This document shows positions 58,925-64,000 of a stretch of DNA of 64,000 bases, in pieces. The translations under genes and the position numbers were made by a program. The notes under the pieces were generated by a model that was not told where the DNA came from, did no database searches, and was given only the letters and a program-made list of their open reading frames with translations. Each line of letters opens with the position of its first letter. The first letter of the stretch is position 1. Source of the DNA: Dudresnaya verticillata (lineage: Eukaryota). The DNA lies in the NCBI GenBank assembly GCA_977862235.1, contig OZ374559.1, positions 3,038,001 to 3,102,000 on the forward strand, written 5' to 3'.

Positions 58925-59432
58925 ACTTCCCCCTGGTTGACAGTACCAGCGCCCAGTACCAAATGGGGACCCCGCACGGCGGGGTGGAGACGCCAAACCA
59001 GCAAAATCCCTCCTCCTACACAACGCGCCAGCCACATTCTCAGCATTCTCCTAAGGCACGACTACCGCGACAGACTGCTGGCCATTCGGTGGCATTTGGG
59101 TACCTTCCCCATCCCCCCTTCCTGCCCTACCAAACGTGCAACCCTTCGAACGCACACCCAAGCCCTCCATCTGCTCTCCAAGCCAGACGCCACCCCAGAC
59201 GATCTACACACCATTGCCAGTACGATCGCCGCCATCATCACCCTGTGCTCTGCCGAGTTTCCCTCTCTGAACACGCCGCCATCCTCCCAATCATAGACAC
59301 ACCACCGCTGTCCTTTTTTCCTTCCCGGGGTACACTACAGTGACAGCCCTCTGCCACTGTAGCTGATCCTGGTGTGCCTGCACATGGGCCTTTAAGTCGC
59401 CCGAGCGGGACCACCTAAAACAACCATTAAAA
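58925..59432 (+). mobile_element. 3' fragment of LINE family B (third subfamily)
   Basis: DYRDRLLAIRWHLGTFPIPPSCP and a 3' UTR motif matching 26810-26868. Confidence 0.85.
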
Positions 59433-61684
59433 GTTTACCATCACTTCTGCTCCCTCAACGCTACCACCCCCGCGCACCCACAATCCCTCACTACATGCAG
59501 TGCACCCATGTCACGTCACAGCCTACTCCAACACCCGTCCAAATGTGACCCACATCCGCACCGCGCCAAAGCCTACCACTACCGCGAACAGATTTCAATA
59601 CCATAAGTTCCTCAAACTGCATCATGAGCAAATTATAGCACAGCAAGTTCGCAGGCAGCTACGACTGCCACATGTCACAGAGTAGGTAATCGAACCGGGA
59701 AGAAACCCATTCTTTAAGCCTTAATCAAATCGGGACATCACAAACCCACTCGTCGTGTATTCTGCCAACCTTACAAACCTCAGTTTGAATCATCTCGTAA
59801 AGCTTAATCTCAAACTTGCGGGATTGCCACTGATGGGGTTCTGCATCCGAGCACAACTGAGCGCACAATTGAGCAAGCCAACGATATCGAAGTGCAAACG
59901 GAATGGATCCCATATCAGAACTGCATCGTAGTGCGATATCGGACTTCCGCTTGCTCCGCTGTGCAACAAAGCAAACGTCACCAGCAACCTGCCCGCCGAC
60001 GCCTGCGTTTTCTGCGTCTCGCAGCAACATCGGCAAGTTGAGGAACAGTACAACCGGTGGTACGAAATCTCATCACTCATTTTGCGTCGGGGATGGCGGA
60101 CCCGCCGAGCCCAAGAATACACACGGTGCTACTGCCGGCTTGGCAGCCAATATGTCCGGACTTTGTCCTGTTCCAGCAATCCCTTTTCCGCAAATCCGCA
60201 CTCCTCCCCAGTCGTAAGACTCGGTTACCCCGGTCTCCGGCTTCATCTACAGCCCTGTGCCGCCGCTGCCGGCAGTGTCGACTAGCGCCCGCGTCGTCGC
60301 TCGCTCGATCGTGATGCTCCACAAATCGACAAGCGACGCTTCCGTATATAGCCTATCAGGCTGTGAACGATACGCAGGCAGAGCAGTTAGTGGGATTGGT
60401 TGATGCCCCGCCGCTTAGCCATTAGTAGAACGGTCAGGGCTAGAGAAGCGGCACCGTCGGTAGCGACGGTGAGGTAGCACCGCTCCGCAGATGTAGGTGT
60501 TGTCAGTAGCCAGTACCCGCAGGTGGTATCGCTTTCGAGCACCCGCGGCCTTAAGAGTTCGGTAGAGGAGGGTCATAACATGTCTGCAAAACCTCTCAGC
60601 ATTCTTTCTACCGCAGCATTCTAACGTATTTTTCACCCATACAGCGATGAGCCGTAACAAAATGTACATGTCTTCGGGGACCGTTAGCTCCACCTGCGTT
60701 CGCCATTTCTCGCCATACTGGCTTCCCGAAGAACAAAACTGAATAAGCAGTTCCATAGACCCCAGAACTAAGCAGTTCCATAGACCAGGAGCTGGATGCG
60801 TAAGCCGAGTAAGTAATGTCGTGAAGTATTTTAGTCATTTCGGATGCTGCCAACTGGTAACGAGACTCAACGACTTTCCACTCAACTCGTATGTACTCAA
60901 CTCGTTTGCAGTCAACTCGTTTGAAACGAAATGAGAGCCTTTCCTCATGCAATAATTTTTGAAGACTATCCACAACCTCCATACCAAACCCGACAAATGG
61001 AGGAAAACTGTTACAAAATCCGGTAGCGGACCAAAATCGTATTAGCACAGCCACGTCGTACCACCCAAGGCTTCACTCCTCTCTCTCATTCGACGTTCAA
61101 ACATTCCCACCCATCCACAAACCAAACGAGGCCAAAAATAACCTTTTTGTTTGGCCTCTCTAGAGAGGTTCTGTTGCTTTAATGCCAGCTTTGCTAAGGT
61201 CGGCAACGCGGAAACAATAATAGGGCTTATGGGGTAGCAGTCACAGGATATAATTGCGAACGTGAGGGTTTCTATCCGTTTTAGGAGCATTAAAATTGCA
61301 AGTTATTGCTCGCACAAATGCAATATAGATTCGAAGAAAGAGTTCTATCTCAAGTCGATAGGAGAACGATAGGAGAACGTACTCCAAGAGTGCTACAGTA
61401 GATCACATACGAAGGGAGTCGTTCTAGGTCCGTACAGTGGGAAGAGGCCGCGTTCATCCTTCAGTCTCTGAGGGCAGCACGAGATCAAGGCAACGTGTAC
61501 GAATGCGTACGTGGATGTCTGGTGTCAGTACAGGACGTTGCCTGTGGGTTCTTGGGCGGCGAAGAGACCTTAATGGAGATCATAGGTTTCATTTCCAACC
61601 TATCCCAAAACGCATAGATTCTACTAACTGCACTTCTCTACTCCACAAAGCCATCGCTCTGGACGACGAATGACTACTAAAGAT

Positions 61685-62008
61685 AATAAGCAATATGTTG
61701 CACCAATGCCCTCCCCTTCGGCAATATATACAGTATTGCAACATAACAGCCATCATGCCCCAATAACATCTGCAATATATGCGTACGTCGTGCAATAAGT
61801 TTGTGCAATGCCGTTGATGTTGTTTTACGCGCCTACAGAACGATATATAAGATCTCGCTCGCGCACAAAGCCGCACATATGCGTATCGTATACTGCATTT
61901 AACACTAGGGCTTCCAACATTTCTACTCGACCCAATAGGTACAGTATTGCAATATACAATGTCACTGCAACAACAATTGCAATTGCAACTAATTTCCCGA
62001 CAGCCCTG
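61685..62008. mobile_element. Putative MITE-like repeat, copy 3 (internally deleted)
   Basis: Joins both ends of 45509-46283; ends cgacagccctg. Confidence 0.55.
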
Positions 62009-62744
62009 GCACTAACGGCAATGCGGTTCACTCCTTCCCGTGCACTCTAAGCTTTGTTGAGTAAACTTTATCATCACTCCTTCCCATCGCCCAGCAAATG
62101 CATCGCATACCATTTCCACGTCTTCTGCTTGCCATACACGAACCCCGCCGCGTACGGCGCACTCATTCTGATTACGTTGCGCAAGGAATGCAGTACCGCT
62201 GCATCGTCCTAATCACGATTATCCCCTTCCTACCATTTCAAGAGTACTGCAGCACCTGTGCTCAGAGCGTCACAGCATAGACATCCTCTGGGACTAACAA
62301 GCGTTAGCGTCCCTCTTGAGTTTCTGCTTAGAAACGTTCTCTCTCTATGTGATCTGTACAGTACCTGGACAAGCGTCTCTATGTCCGCATTGTACCCCGC
62401 CGGGGCATTGCATTGTACTTGTTCTACAGTACTCTGCAACTGGCCGCGCAAAGCTATCCGAGTACGCCTATGCGAGCGCGCTGGTCTCCCTCCTATGCCA
62501 CCTGACGGGCGAGTCGGGCACCCCCTGCGCCGGTTCACATCTATCCCCAAGTATCACAATCATAATCCGCAATAAGACAAGAATCCTTTTAATCGCAAGA
62601 TTCAGAGTAACTCCCTTAAGGGGGTGTAATACGCACTGTTGCTAGCGCGGCGGTCAACAAGCTTGCGCCTGTTAACAGAAACCGCGACGCACTGAAATAC
62701 TAAAGAGGTAAGGCGGGTGAGGGAGACCTTCTCGCTAGATGGGG

Positions 62745-64000
62745 CCGTTCCGTCCTCTGAAGCACCCGCATTGCTCCGAGGCCAAACTCCGCCTCATCGC
62801 GTACTCCATCACACTCGTCCTGCCACTTCTTCACCGTTCGCCTCCTGTCGCAGACTTGAAACCAAGGAAATCACGAAAACAATAGATCCGCCATCCATGC
62901 CGTTTCAGCAGATGCCCTAATGTACGTATACACCGCTTGTTGTACCACAGGCTCTTTACGAGTCTATAGCAACCATAACTGCATTGCTGTATGGTAGACG
63001 TTTCTACCGCTTTGCTCAGGAACGGTGACCCACGCACTTTTGCCAAGACCGTGAGAGGCGGCCGATTAATACCCCCATCTTTTTCTTCGAATAGCCCCGT
63101 CGCCTACGATCTCAAGCGTTCAACAACAGCCTTGTGTTCTGCAAATTGGAAAACGACAGCTCCTGTTTCCTTCCTATCCCAGCAGCCCTTCTTCACCTCT
63201 TTAGACGACCTCTAGAAAAGTCATTGAGCTCAAGTTTGATGAGAATTGACGAGGGTGAAATAGACACTGGGGCTTCAGAGCTACGTTATACGAGGATATG
63301 TGCCAGCTACTGCTGTACAGGATTTTGGGTTTACGAGAACACCAACCCGGAAGGACGGTTCGTGCTGAACCTCAGTGACATGCTGACGGCTCTAGAGGTA
63401 ACCCCAGAGCGGTTGTTGAAGATTGTAGAGTTTCTTTCGAAGCTCCAGAATGAAAAGCGTCTGTTTGCACTAGTATTCGAAGACCCTAGCGGGGATGTGA
63501 TATCGGACGAGATGGTCTCGTACATGCGGGCGGTGTGCGGGATTATGGATGCGTGCAGCTGGAATGACGGGAAGCTGCTGGCGCACATCCACGAGAAGTG
63601 CGAGTTGCAGGCCACAAACACGCTAGAGTGTTTGGCAGCAGGGTGCGACGGGATGTGGAGCTGCCTGTGCGTGGAGGGTGCGGCGATCGGGCACGCGTGC
63701 TCGACGATGGTGTTGATGAACTTTGTATGGCTGGGGAATAAGAAGGTGCTGTCCAAATACCGGTGCCAGGAGTTTCGGAAGGCAGCGATCGAGGTTACGC
63801 GGCCGACGACACTGAAGGACCCGCACCCCAGCAGTGCTCGTACGGAGATCGGGCTCTGGGCCTTGTGTTTGAATCGAGCTCGATGGCGGGGCCGGGTTCA
63901 ACATGGCAGAGTTTTTCGGGAAGCGCGAGCGCGAGACGAACCGGACGACGACGCTGGAGTCACCAAACATGGTCATGAACAGGCTCAAGTACTTGTTTGG
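62745..64000 (+). repeat. Duplicate of ~42150-43410 including the EF-hand/TIM-like gene 5' part; runs off the window
   Basis: High nucleotide similarity; this copy reads LAHIHE. Confidence 0.85.

Noticed and set aside
60415..61290. Minus-strand ORFs with weak nucleotide similarity to ~8930-9240
   Set aside because: No recognisable motif and fragmented frames; cannot support a gene call.

Overview
Eukaryotic, intron-poor, transposon-rich DNA of roughly even GC content; the gene and TE content would fit a macroalga such as a red seaweed, but that is inference only. The window has four main components. (1) A minus-strand cluster of five paralogues encoding Sel1-like repeats + Roc GTPase + COR + C-terminal TIR. 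Two are intact (37363-41100, 51076-54675), one is retrotransposon-disrupted and two are fragments. Amino-acid changes concentrate in one helix of the Sel1 repeats and repeat number varies, which suggests a diversifying innate-immune receptor family. (2) Several families of non-LTR retrotransposons with a C-terminal restriction-like endonuclease (CRE-like). The full-length copies have an unrecognised ORF1 joined to ORF2 by an overlapping TAATG stop/start, a 3' hairpin and a microsatellite tail. They occur as an intact copy, a tandem copy, a divergent full-length copy and many 5'-truncated inserts with readable target-site duplications (TSDs). (3) A second LINE family with a conserved 3' stem-loop. 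(4) A secreted six-repeat knottin-like protein, pseudogene remnants (cytochrome P450, EF-hand/TIM-barrel-like), MITE-like repeats and a (CA)n tract. All calls come from reading motifs and aligning by eye; no database searches were run.
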